Shown piece by piece: positions 1-7,910 of a stretch of 32,000 nucleotides of DNA; positions within the stretch are counted from its first letter, which is position 1; each line of letters begins with the position of its first letter. The notes under the pieces were generated by a model that worked only from the letters and a program-made list of their open reading frames with translations, was not told the origin of the DNA and did not search any database. The position numbers were made by a program, and so were the translations under genes. The DNA lies in assembly GCF_000014265.1 (NCBI RefSeq), contig NC_008312.1, positions 6,330,001-6,362,000 on the forward strand. The letters run 5' to 3'. This DNA is from Trichodesmium erythraeum IMS101. GTDB lineage: Bacteria; Cyanobacteriota; Cyanobacteriia; Cyanobacteriales; Microcoleaceae.

Positions 1-942
1 TTGTCTCAAATCAGTATCCTTGTCTGCAATAAGGATATAAGGTAATTCTTTGTCTGGCAATTTTCCGGGCGATCGCCTCAGTACACGTGGTTTGACTTTT
101 TCATCCCAAAATAGAGGTTGATGTTGAGCAAAATTTTGTACAGTTGTGGGAAATTGGGGCAATAGTTGTAAATAAAGGTCACAACCTCTAGCCACCTTTT
201 CCTCTACCCAAATATCCAGATCGCGACCTGTGAAATAATGATGACTGCGTAGAAGCATTAACAATTCTTGCCCTAACCCTAAAGGGGGAGTGGGCAAGAT
301 AACTGAAGTTCCAAAAGCAATAGCTTCATATATCCTTTCTGCAAGGTTGTTTTCTAATTGTCGCCTATGTGGATAATGGGCTGTGCCATAGCTACCTTCA
401 ACTATTAATACATCTAGCTTGAGTCCTCGTAAGTATGCTAAAGGGAGACCTTCAACTAAACGGCTTTTAGATAAAAAGAAATCTCCCGTGTATAAAAGCT
501 TATAGGTTCGATTTCCTTGAGTATAGGTGAGTAGAAAAGCTGTTGCCCCTGGTAAATGACCAGCAGGAAAAAGCTCTACAGTTAGACCACTACAAAGTTC
601 TATTGGTGAGTGCCAAGGTAGAGGTTGACAAAAATCAGGGACTTCACAAATAGTAAGTTCTGGCCAATTTAGAGGTAGAAGTTTAGTTGTTGCCTCGCTA
701 GCATATATTGGCAGATCTGGAAAGCTTCGGTGAAGTGCTAATAGTCCTTGAGCATGATCTGAATGTGCGTGGGAACACAATACAATATCAGCAGGTAGTT
801 GTTGTTTTGTTTCATTAGTTAATAATGAAATATTTGTAATACCACAATCTAATAAAATCCGGTGTATTCCAATGCGAACTAGCAGACATATTCCATCATC
901 TGCGTGACCTACACTGTAAGCTAAACATTCTAAATTTATCAC
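1..942 (-). CDS. MBL-fold metallo-hydrolase, beta-CASP-like; 3' end cut by the window edge
   Basis: Absent from the supplied ORF track because it runs off the window. My reverse-complement translation from GTG at 942 gives VINLECLAYSVGHADDGICLLV...LCSHAHSDHAQGLLAL...FPAGHLPGA...LYTGDFF...DVLIVEGSYG... and stays open for 314 codons to position 1. An in-frame stop lies just upstream at 973-975. It carries the HxHxDH zinc motif plus AGH, TGD and (E)GSYG motifs typical of beta-CASP MBL enzymes. Confidence 0.75.
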   Translation of the reverse strand, partial: MINLECLAYSVGHADDGICLLVRIGIHRILLDCGITNISLLTNETKQQLPADIVLCSHAHSDHAQGLLALHRSFPDLPIYASEATTKLLPLNWPELTICEVPDFCQPLPWHSPIELCSGLTVELFPAGHLPGATAFLLTYTQGNRTYKLLYTGDFFLSKSRLVEGLPLAYLRGLKLDVLIVEGSYGTAHYPHRRQLENNLAERIYEAIAFGTSVILPTPPLGLGQELLMLLRSHHYFTGRDLDIWVEEKVARGCDLYLQLLPQFPTTVQNFAQHQPLFWDEKVKPRVLRRSPGKLPDKELPYILIADKDTDLRQ

Positions 943-1606
943 AAGGTTAAACTGCTTGCGTCTAGGAAAACTTTAACTATTAATAAAATTGAATTTTTGG
1001 ATATATTAAACTTAAGAAATATGAACGAAAATACCATATAAATACAAGCTAAAGTTAGCTAAATTGACGTTTAATGTCTTGAATTGCAAGTTTAGGGAAG
1101 CAGTATTTTTAGGTAAAAAATAAATATACAAAGTTTATTTATTCTTAAAAAATCAAAAGATTGAAGGCATCTTATCTTTGCTTTATTGAAAATTAATACA
1201 ATTAAAATATATTATATATTATGCATTGTTTTCAATAATAATTTTATTAGCTAGCAAATCATATAATCTTCCATTCTGCTATTTTTAACTAAAAATTGCT
1301 AAATATTCAACTGTAAAAAGAATATACTAGCTTAATTGGCTAGTTTACGATCTTTGCTCAGAAAATATCCAGTGTACATTTGTATATAGTTAAAAAACTT
1401 TATAATTCTTTATAATTAAGAGTATTGTGGCGGTGTATATTCCAGAAAAGTATAAAGCTTAAAAAAATAGGCTCATAAATTCATACAATTCTTCGTTCTG
1501 CCGACAGAAGAGATTTGAGTAATGAGCCGGACTTTTTTTTTAGTTTTGTAACTAAAAAATATATTTTTTTTCAGTAAACCTTGTTGTCACCTAGGAGATA
1601 GTTCAA

Positions 1607-2476
1607 ATGGTTTTTGGACCTGCATCTCAGTTAGGGGTTAGCCTTTTTGAAGATACAGAACCCGTAGAGCTCTTACCCGGACGCTCATCAGAAGAAATAG
1701 AAACTGTGATTCGAGCTGTCTATAAGCAAGTTCTAGGCAATGCTTATGTCATGGAAAGTGAAAGACTCACTGTACCAGAGTCTAAACTTAAAGAAGGCAC
1801 AATTACTGTCCGTGAATTTGTACGTCAAGTTGGACGCTCTGACTTGTATCGTTCTCGGTTCTTTGACCCTTGCCCCCGCTATCGTTCAGTTGAGTTAAAT
1901 TTTAAGCACTTTTTAGGTCGTGCTCCCGATGGCTACGATGAAATGAAGCTTCACAGTAATCTTCTGGATGAAGGAAGTTTTGAAGCTGATATTGATTCCT
2001 ACATTGATAGTGATGAGTATAGTAGTGCTTATGGAGAAAATATTGTTCCTTATTATCGAGGTTACAAAACCCAAACTGGTAAAAAAATGGTTGGTTTTAC
2101 TCATATCTTCCAACTATTACGGGGGGCTTCCAGCAGCGACTTAAAAGGAAGTTTATCTGGAAACAGCCCTGCTTTAAATAAATATGTGATTCAAGAAACA
2201 CCTTTAGCAGTAGTTCCTCCTTCTGGGGGTTCAGATGGTTGGTCATTCCAGGATACACCTTTGGGTGCTAGAAGTAGACATGGAGTCGGAGCTAGTTCTA
2301 GTGGTAAAGTTTACCGCGTTGAAGTAACAGCTTATCGCTCAAAAGTAGTAAATCGTGTTTCTAGATTCCGCCGTAGTAATCAAGTATTTTTGGTACCTTT
2401 TGATCAACTTTCTAAAGAGTATCAAAGAATTCATCGGCAGGGTGGTGTAATTGCAAGTATTACTCCTATTAGTTAG
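1607..2476 (+). CDS. cpeC: Phycobilisome rod linker polypeptide, probably phycoerythrin-associated (CpeC-like), with a C-terminal CpcD-like domain
   Basis: 289-aa ORF with an AGGAG RBS 9 nt upstream. PBS-linker signature: AVYKQVLGNAYVMESERL...REFVR...SDLYRSRFF...ELNFKHFLGRAP...YIDSDEY...FGENIVPYYRGY. C-terminal small-linker domain: KVYRVEVT...VFLVPFDQLSKEYQRIHRQGGVIASITP. The N-terminus M.FGPAS.LGVSLF and the GASSS motif resemble CpeC rather than CpcC, from my memory of Fremyella CpeC. The family call is firm; the cpeC versus cpcC choice is about 0.6. Confidence 0.9.
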   Translation: MVFGPASQLGVSLFEDTEPVELLPGRSSEEIETVIRAVYKQVLGNAYVMESERLTVPESKLKEGTITVREFVRQVGRSDLYRSRFFDPCPRYRSVELNFKHFLGRAPDGYDEMKLHSNLLDEGSFEADIDSYIDSDEYSSAYGENIVPYYRGYKTQTGKKMVGFTHIFQLLRGASSSDLKGSLSGNSPALNKYVIQETPLAVVPPSGGSDGWSFQDTPLGARSRHGVGASSSGKVYRVEVTAYRSKVVNRVSRFRRSNQVFLVPFDQLSKEYQRIHRQGGVIASITPIS

Positions 2477-2732
2477 GGGTTAAAATTAGAAAATTATTTA
2501 CTCATATTTCCTGAGTTTTTTTTAGTTGCTAGGTTCATAAAAACTAAAAATGAGGTTATTACTCTTTAGTAATAATATCTAGGATAAAAAAGGGTACAAT
2601 TTTTGAATTAATTTGTAGTAGTTTATAGTTGGTAGTTATTCATTTTGTACTTTATGGATGAATGGCTGTGAGCTATAAACACTGCAAAAATAGTATAAAA
2701 AAATCATAATCTTTGATTTGAGAGGAGTTAAA

Positions 2733-3494
2733 ATGTCACTTTGGGTAGAAAAAATCGATCCAATAGAACTACGTTGGAATGCAACACAAGATGAAAAACA
2801 AGCTGTAATTAGAGCTGTTTATAAGCAAGTTTTGGGAAATATCCATGTAATGGAAAGCCAGCGTCTAATTAGCGCCGAATCATTGTTCATAGGTGGAGAA
2901 TTTTCTGTCCGTCAATTTGTTAATATGGTTGCTCAATCAGACTTATATTTCTCCTTGTTTTTTGAATCATGTTCTCCTTATAGATTTGTAGAACTAAACT
3001 TTAAGCATTTGTTAGGTCGTGCCCCCCAAGACCAGGCAGAAATTTCTCAACACATTTGTATATATAATGAAAAGGGATACGAAGCAGAAATTAATTCTTA
3101 CACAGACAGTTATGAGTATCTTCAAAACTTTGGGGAAAACATTGTTCCATATCCACAAGGTACTAGTACTGTAGTTGGGATGAAAAATATCACATTTAAT
3201 AGGACATTTGCTTTGGAACGAGGAAATGCTACAAGTGATAGAAACAAACCTTCCCAATTGACTTTAGATTTAGGTGCTAATTTGAGCACAAAGATTCAAA
3301 AACCTGCTACTGTAGGTGGGCCGTATAATAACAGAGTTAAACGTTTCCAAATCTCAGTTACCAAAACTGGTATTGGGCCTGTTGTGAAGAAGAGCGCGAC
3401 AACTTATACAGTATCTTACGAACAGTTAAGTTCAAAAATCAACAGTATCCAAAGAACAGGTGGTAAAATCTTAAAAATTACTGAGGTTCCTTAG
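2733..3494 (+). CDS. Phycobilisome rod linker polypeptide (CpeD/CpeE-like) with a CpcD-like C-terminal domain
   Basis: ORF track frame 2718..3494. I prefer the ATG at 2733 (MSLWVEK...) because GAGGAG sits 6-11 nt upstream, whereas 2718 is a TTG. Signature: AVIRAVYKQVLGNIHVMESQRL...RQFV...SDLYFSLFF...ELNFKHLLGRAP...FGENIVPYPQG. C-terminal KRFQISVT...YEQLSSKINSIQRTGGKILKITEV. Confidence 0.9.
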   Translation: MSLWVEKIDPIELRWNATQDEKQAVIRAVYKQVLGNIHVMESQRLISAESLFIGGEFSVRQFVNMVAQSDLYFSLFFESCSPYRFVELNFKHLLGRAPQDQAEISQHICIYNEKGYEAEINSYTDSYEYLQNFGENIVPYPQGTSTVVGMKNITFNRTFALERGNATSDRNKPSQLTLDLGANLSTKIQKPATVGGPYNNRVKRFQISVTKTGIGPVVKKSATTYTVSYEQLSSKINSIQRTGGKILKITEVP

Positions 3495-3525
3495 ACCAAA
3501 ATTTAAGAACCTGCAAGTTATTCTT

Positions 3526-3599
3526 GAAAAGACCCGGTTAGTCGCGAAAATATGGCGGGATATAGTTGTCCTAAAATACAAAGAAACCGGGTTTTTCTT
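3526..3599 (+). terminator. Long-loop hairpin (about 12 bp A-tract/CCCGGTT stem, U-tract on the 3' arm) 32 nt after the linker gene stop; candidate terminator or processing site
   Basis: AAAGACCCGGTT (3528-3539) pairs with AACCGGGTTTTT (3585-3596), allowing one G-U pair. The loop is about 45 nt and the hairpin is followed by CTTT. Confidence 0.35.
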
Positions 3600-3691
3600 T
3601 GGAGTAAGTTTCAATTTTGATTTTATATTCAACTACAAAATAGTATCTTCTTTTATCAATATCACTTTAAATAATTTTAAAAATAGCAATA

Positions 3692-4213
3692 ATGGATATC
3701 GAAGAATTTGTTGAACGTTCTATAGGATGTTGGCGATCTCAACGCAGTGGCCACAGTTTAGCATTGAGTCATTTTGAAGAAGTTCGTTCCACAATAGATA
3801 TTGTTGATTTACCAAAAACTGATCATGAAGTAAAAAATTTATGTGATTCTAGTGGAGTAGATATAGAGAATGCTGTCTCTCCTTTTAAGATGAGTTGGGA
3901 AGGAGAATCAGATTGGGATGAAAATGAGATTATTAAAGGTAGTTGTGTCCTAGTACCAATACCTGAAGATGATAATCTAAAAAAAGGCAAATTATTACGT
4001 TCCCAAGGTTATGCAGAGACTGTTTCTGCTGTTGGAGAATATTACATTACTGAAGATGACACTTTTGTTCTATATACAGAATATGAAAGTGCTGCTGCGG
4101 AAGAAAAAATTTGGTTCCATACTTCCAATCTTAGGTTTAGAGTATCGTTGATTAAAACGAGTGATGGTAATGGTGTATTAACTGCTTCTTTTTCATCAGA
4201 AATTCGTTCTTGA
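3692..4213 (+). CDS. cpeS: Phycobiliprotein bilin lyase, CpcS/CpeS family (lipocalin-like)
   Basis: 173 aa. The N-terminal EEFVERSIGCWRSQRSGHSLA motif and the C-terminal KGKLLRSQGYAE...EYES...EEKIWFHTSNLRFRVSLIK...ASFSSEIR are hallmarks of S-type lyases. Its position right after two rod-linker genes mirrors cpeCDE-cpeS operons. The symbol is inferred from context. Confidence 0.8.
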   Translation: MDIEEFVERSIGCWRSQRSGHSLALSHFEEVRSTIDIVDLPKTDHEVKNLCDSSGVDIENAVSPFKMSWEGESDWDENEIIKGSCVLVPIPEDDNLKKGKLLRSQGYAETVSAVGEYYITEDDTFVLYTEYESAAAEEKIWFHTSNLRFRVSLIKTSDGNGVLTASFSSEIRS

Positions 4214-5522
4214 TCAACTGAATAAAAATAATTTGTAAAATAATCGCAATAGTTAATTAGCTAGGTACAAATAATTTTGACTACATAACACAGTTTTTTT
4301 GAGATAAAACTTTTGATATTGCTTGGTGTATACTCAGTTATAGTAACTGTGAGACATAGTTACATCTAATTATACTTAGATAACCAGATAAATAGGGCTT
4401 GCTGATAAAAAACTTGAGAATAAAAAGAAAAAAATTAACAATAAAGAGGGAATAAGGTAAATATTTACCATACAGCATACAAGAAAAACTTGAATAACTT
4501 AATTACTCTATCTAGTTAGATTACAGGATAATTTAGTAATCCAAAATCACCTTTTTTCAAATCAGACTCTTTATGCTAATATTTATGTTTTTTATGACCT
4601 GGGTCACAGACTTTTTTTCTGGTATAGGTTTTTGTTAAGAACAAGTTAATAGCTTATAATATCTGGATTATATATCGTAAAGGGGTACTTAAACTAATAA
4701 ATAAAGGGAATCATATTTAGATCAAAAACTATAGTGTTAAAAACCCAATTATTTGTACATATAAATCACGATAACTTGATTTATTGCATACTATTTATTG
4801 AACCAAAAATTATTAAGAAAAAAATATAGGGTTAGCTCATATTAAAAATTGTTGAAAAATAGTATCTTTTATTATCCTATTGTCATGAAAGGTTTTTAGG
4901 TTAATTTAGTAATGAAAATACATTCCAATTGTTAAGCCGTAAAAACCGATAGTATGAAAATTATGTGACATTTCTAGTTCCTGTAAAAGCTTGTATTGCA
5001 AACAGGTTAGAAAAATATTGATTTGTCAATAAAATTGTGGATGAGCTTGCCCTGTAAAAAAATATAGAATATTGTTGAAACTATTCTATAGTTTATGTTT
5101 TTTCTAAATGAGATGGAAAAATATTTTTCGGTAAGTATTTTTAGGGGGGTGTTGAATCAGAAAATAAATGTTGAATTAATAATAGAAGATAGGATACTTA
5201 TCTGCTTAGTAAAGTAGAGTAAGCTGAAAATATATGGGTTAGCTTAGATATGGTTCTGAATGTTAATCAAATGAATAGATATAGGGTTCAGCAGCAAAAC
5301 TACTTAAGTTTGAAAAACAAACAAATTTTGTTAATGAGTTACCAAATACTAATAAGTAGTTAGACAAAATTATTTTCATGTTTACTATTGAGTTATGTTC
5401 TGATTTTTTTTATTAGCTCTTTCCCCAACCCTTAGGGATCCACAATGTATAGTTAATTTTGTCTAGGTACTTCAAAAACTAAAGGTAGCAGCAATGAAAT
5501 AGTGTTAGGGAGCTAAAATAAA

Positions 5523-5828
5523 ATGTTGCCACCAACAGCAGAGAAAAAATTACAGGGTTGGATCAGAAGTCGCCATATAATTTGTTCTGGAAATTTTTTT
5601 TTATTTGAAACTGTAGAGTATTCTACTATTGATAGGTTTACAGTATGTGTTCGAGCCTTGGGTGGGAGTTTGATATCTGTCAAACCTATTAAGAAAATTT
5701 GGATTGGTAATCATAGAAAAGTGGTTCTTTATCAAGCGAAAGCAAGTCTCCATACACCTCACCACGATTTAAAACAATATTGGGTCAAGTATGGTGGTTT
5801 TTATACCAGATTTGATGAACGAGGTTGA
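5523..5828 (+). CDS. Hypothetical protein (101 aa), doubtful
   Basis: The only ORF of at least 60 aa in the 2 kb gap 4214-6266. GGGAG lies about 12 nt upstream of the ATG. I recognise no motif. Confidence 0.25.
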   Translation: MLPPTAEKKLQGWIRSRHIICSGNFFLFETVEYSTIDRFTVCVRALGGSLISVKPIKKIWIGNHRKVVLYQAKASLHTPHHDLKQYWVKYGGFYTRFDERG

Positions 5829-5988
5829 TAAAGTTTTACTAGTACGTTTGATACCGAAACTGGTTGCCAAAAATTTCTTTTTATACCGGTTACTTGTACT
5901 TAGTTAGTAGTAGGTTAATCATAAAAAAATTAACTATCTTATCTAGGATATCAGAATGCTTTAATTAGGGTGTGCTACAAAAACTTTT

Positions 5989-6044
5989 TTAGGGAATAGG
6001 AAGTAAGGAGTTAGAACTCAGAAGTCAGGAGAATTAATTAGGAG
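5989..6044 (+). repeat. STRR-like degenerate heptamer array (8 units, consensus RTAGGRA)
   Basis: Reads in strict 7-nt register: ttaggga ataggaa gtaagga gttagaa ctcagaa gtcagga gaattaa ttaggag. Confidence 0.6.
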
Positions 6045-6226
6045 GTACTCGGGTATATTTATTCTTTGATTGTTCTGTCCTCTAGAACTAAAAATACTAA
6101 TATCCGTGACTTTGAGCAACTGAAAAGCTGGAAATTTTGTTTTGAGGTAAAAAGTGTAAAGCCTCTATCTGTAAAATCTTTGAGATTTAATCAGCCAACC
6201 CTAATTAATTAAGGAATACTATTAAA

Positions 6227-6235
6227 GGGTATACT
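6227..6235 (+). promoter_or_regulatory. Candidate -10 region GGGTATACT, 31 nt upstream of the RHH/coiled-coil ORF, with a second related copy AGGAATACT at 6212-6220
   Basis: Contains a TATACT -10-like hexamer. The identical 9-mer recurs in sense orientation upstream of the hpsB-like gene (24335-24343, minus strand). AAGGAG RBS at 6254-6259. Confidence 0.3.
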
Positions 6236-6266
6236 AGAAAAGGTATGGTGGCCAAGGAGAATGTAA

Positions 6267-7910
6267 ATGACGAAAAAACGTGGTAGTGCCACCTCTTATA
6301 GAGAAACCAAGGTTAAAGTAGGTGTGTCTCTTACTCCCACTAGCGCTGAGAAGCTAAAAGAAGTAGCAAAAGAACTTGGATTATCAAGGTCTGAGCTACT
6401 TGAGCGTATTGCTAGAGGAGACCTTGCTGTTTTGAGAGAGGCGGCACAGATAACAGCGAATTTAAATAATCAGTTGGTTCCAGTCAACAATGTGCTGGGT
6501 AAAAATGAACTCCCTGAAAGTGGTATAGATGTTGTGACAATTCCAGAACCATTAAATGAGTCTGTAGAAGCACAATATTTATTATCAGAAAGTTATCAAA
6601 TTTTACAACAAGAGTTGGAATCTCAGATGGCACAGGTTAAGCATTTGGAAAAGCAAATGGTTAATATGGTGTCAAAAGAAAGTTATGAAACTTTACAAAA
6701 ACAATTAGAAGAAGATAAGAAAGAAATTACAAGTTCTCGCCAAAAGTTAGCTCAACTCAAGCAATTAGAAGAGCAAGTGGCTTTAATGATACCAAGGGAA
6801 AGCTACAAAACTCTAGAGCAAGAGTCTCAAGAGCAAAAATTGCAATTGGAACTTTTGGAAGAGCAAGTAGGTTCAATGGTGCCCAAAGAAATTCATGATT
6901 CTTTGCAGTACCAGTCACAACAGCAAGAAACTCAAATTCAACAACTAGAATTACAAGTAGCTTCTATGGTTTCCCAAGAAGTATACGAAATTCTACAACA
7001 AGAGTCTCAAGAACAAAAAGTTAGGTTACAACTGTTAGAAGATCAAGTAGCTTGTATGGTGTCTCAAGGAGTTCATAATTCCTTGCAGGAACAGTCACAA
7101 CAGCAAGAAACTCAAATTCAACAACTAGAGTCACAAGTAGCTTCTATGGTGTCCCAAGAAGTATACAAAATTCTACAGCAGGAGTCTCAAGAACAAAAAG
7201 CGAAGTTGGAGCTGTTGGAAGAGCAAGTAGATTCTATGGTGTCCCCAGAAATTCACGATTCTTTGCAGCAGCAGTCACAACAGCAAGAAACTCAAATTCA
7301 GCAACTAGAATCACGAGTAACTTCTATGGTGTCCCAAGAAGTATACAAAATTCTACAGCAGGAGTCTGAAGGACAAAGAGTCAAGTTGGAACTGTTGGAA
7401 GAGCAAGTAGCTTGTATGGTGTCCCAAGAAATTTATAATTCTTTGCAGCACCGATCACAGCAGCAAGAAACTCAAATTCAGCAACTAGAATCACAAGTAG
7501 CTTCTATGGTTTTACACGAAAGTTATGATGCTTTGCAACGTCACTCAGAAGAACAGGAAAATAAGTTGCAAGACCTAGAAGAACAAGTGGCCACAATGGT
7601 GACTAGAACAGTCTATGAGACTTTGCAAAAACAGTTACAAGAACAAGTGAATAACTTGCAATACATGGAATCTATGCTTGGTTCAATGATATCCCAGCAA
7701 ACCTATGAAGCTTTAAAAAAAGAGTCAGAATTTCAAAAACAAATAATTGCAGATTATCAAAATAAGCTGACTCAGTTACAAGAGAAGTATCATAGCCAAT
7801 CTGAGCTATTAGAGACTTCTAAAAAAGAAGTTTCTCAGTTAAAAACCCCAGCTATGATTGGAGAAAATCGATATCTTAACAAGTGGCAATATCGGACTTT
7901 TTCCAGATAA
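6267..7910 (+). CDS. Ribbon-helix-helix (CopG/Arc-like) N-terminal domain fused to a ~430-aa Q/E-rich coiled coil built of 30-aa repeats
   Basis: 547 aa with an AAGGAG RBS. Residues about 14-50, KVKVGVSLTPTSAEKLKEVAKELGLSRSELLERIARG, show a beta-alpha-alpha RHH pattern. After that come about 12 units of LE.QV.SMVS.E.Y..LQ..SQ.Q...... Confidence 0.8.
   Translation: MTKKRGSATSYRETKVKVGVSLTPTSAEKLKEVAKELGLSRSELLERIARGDLAVLREAAQITANLNNQLVPVNNVLGKNELPESGIDVVTIPEPLNESVEAQYLLSESYQILQQELESQMAQVKHLEKQMVNMVSKESYETLQKQLEEDKKEITSSRQKLAQLKQLEEQVALMIPRESYKTLEQESQEQKLQLELLEEQVGSMVPKEIHDSLQYQSQQQETQIQQLELQVASMVSQEVYEILQQESQEQKVRLQLLEDQVACMVSQGVHNSLQEQSQQQETQIQQLESQVASMVSQEVYKILQQESQEQKAKLELLEEQVDSMVSPEIHDSLQQQSQQQETQIQQLESRVTSMVSQEVYKILQQESEGQRVKLELLEEQVACMVSQEIYNSLQHRSQQQETQIQQLESQVASMVLHESYDALQRHSEEQENKLQDLEEQVATMVTRTVYETLQKQLQEQVNNLQYMESMLGSMISQQTYEALKKESEFQKQIIADYQNKLTQLQEKYHSQSELLETSKKEVSQLKTPAMIGENRYLNKWQYRTFSR
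6841..7560 (+). repeat. Four tandem copies of a 180-bp unit (each made of two 90-bp sub-units) inside the coiled-coil ORF; degenerate 90-bp units extend over about 6642-7754
   Basis: Because the period equals three 60-nt print lines, lines 6901/7081/7261/7441 align directly (ctttgcag...cagtcacaacagcaagaaactcaaattca.caactaga). The same holds for lines 6961/7141/7321 and 6841/7021/7201/7381. Confidence 0.95.

Noticed and set aside
2718-2732. TTG start at 2718 for the second linker, and likewise TTG 23543 for the hpsC-like gene and GTG 30710 for the sulfotransferase.
   Set aside because: In each case a nearby downstream ATG has a better Shine-Dalgarno context, and for hpsC it removes a 52-nt overlap with the upstream gene. 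The longer forms cannot be excluded without N-terminal data.
1913-3257. Minus-strand ORFs 1913-2113 and 3012-3257.
   Set aside because: They are antisense to the two phycobilisome linker genes, whose identity is unambiguous.
6642-7754. The regular repeats in the coiled-coil gene, considered as a CRISPR array or satellite.
   Set aside because: The units are contiguous with no unique spacers, maintain one long reading frame, and encode a heptad-like protein repeat, so this is not a CRISPR array.
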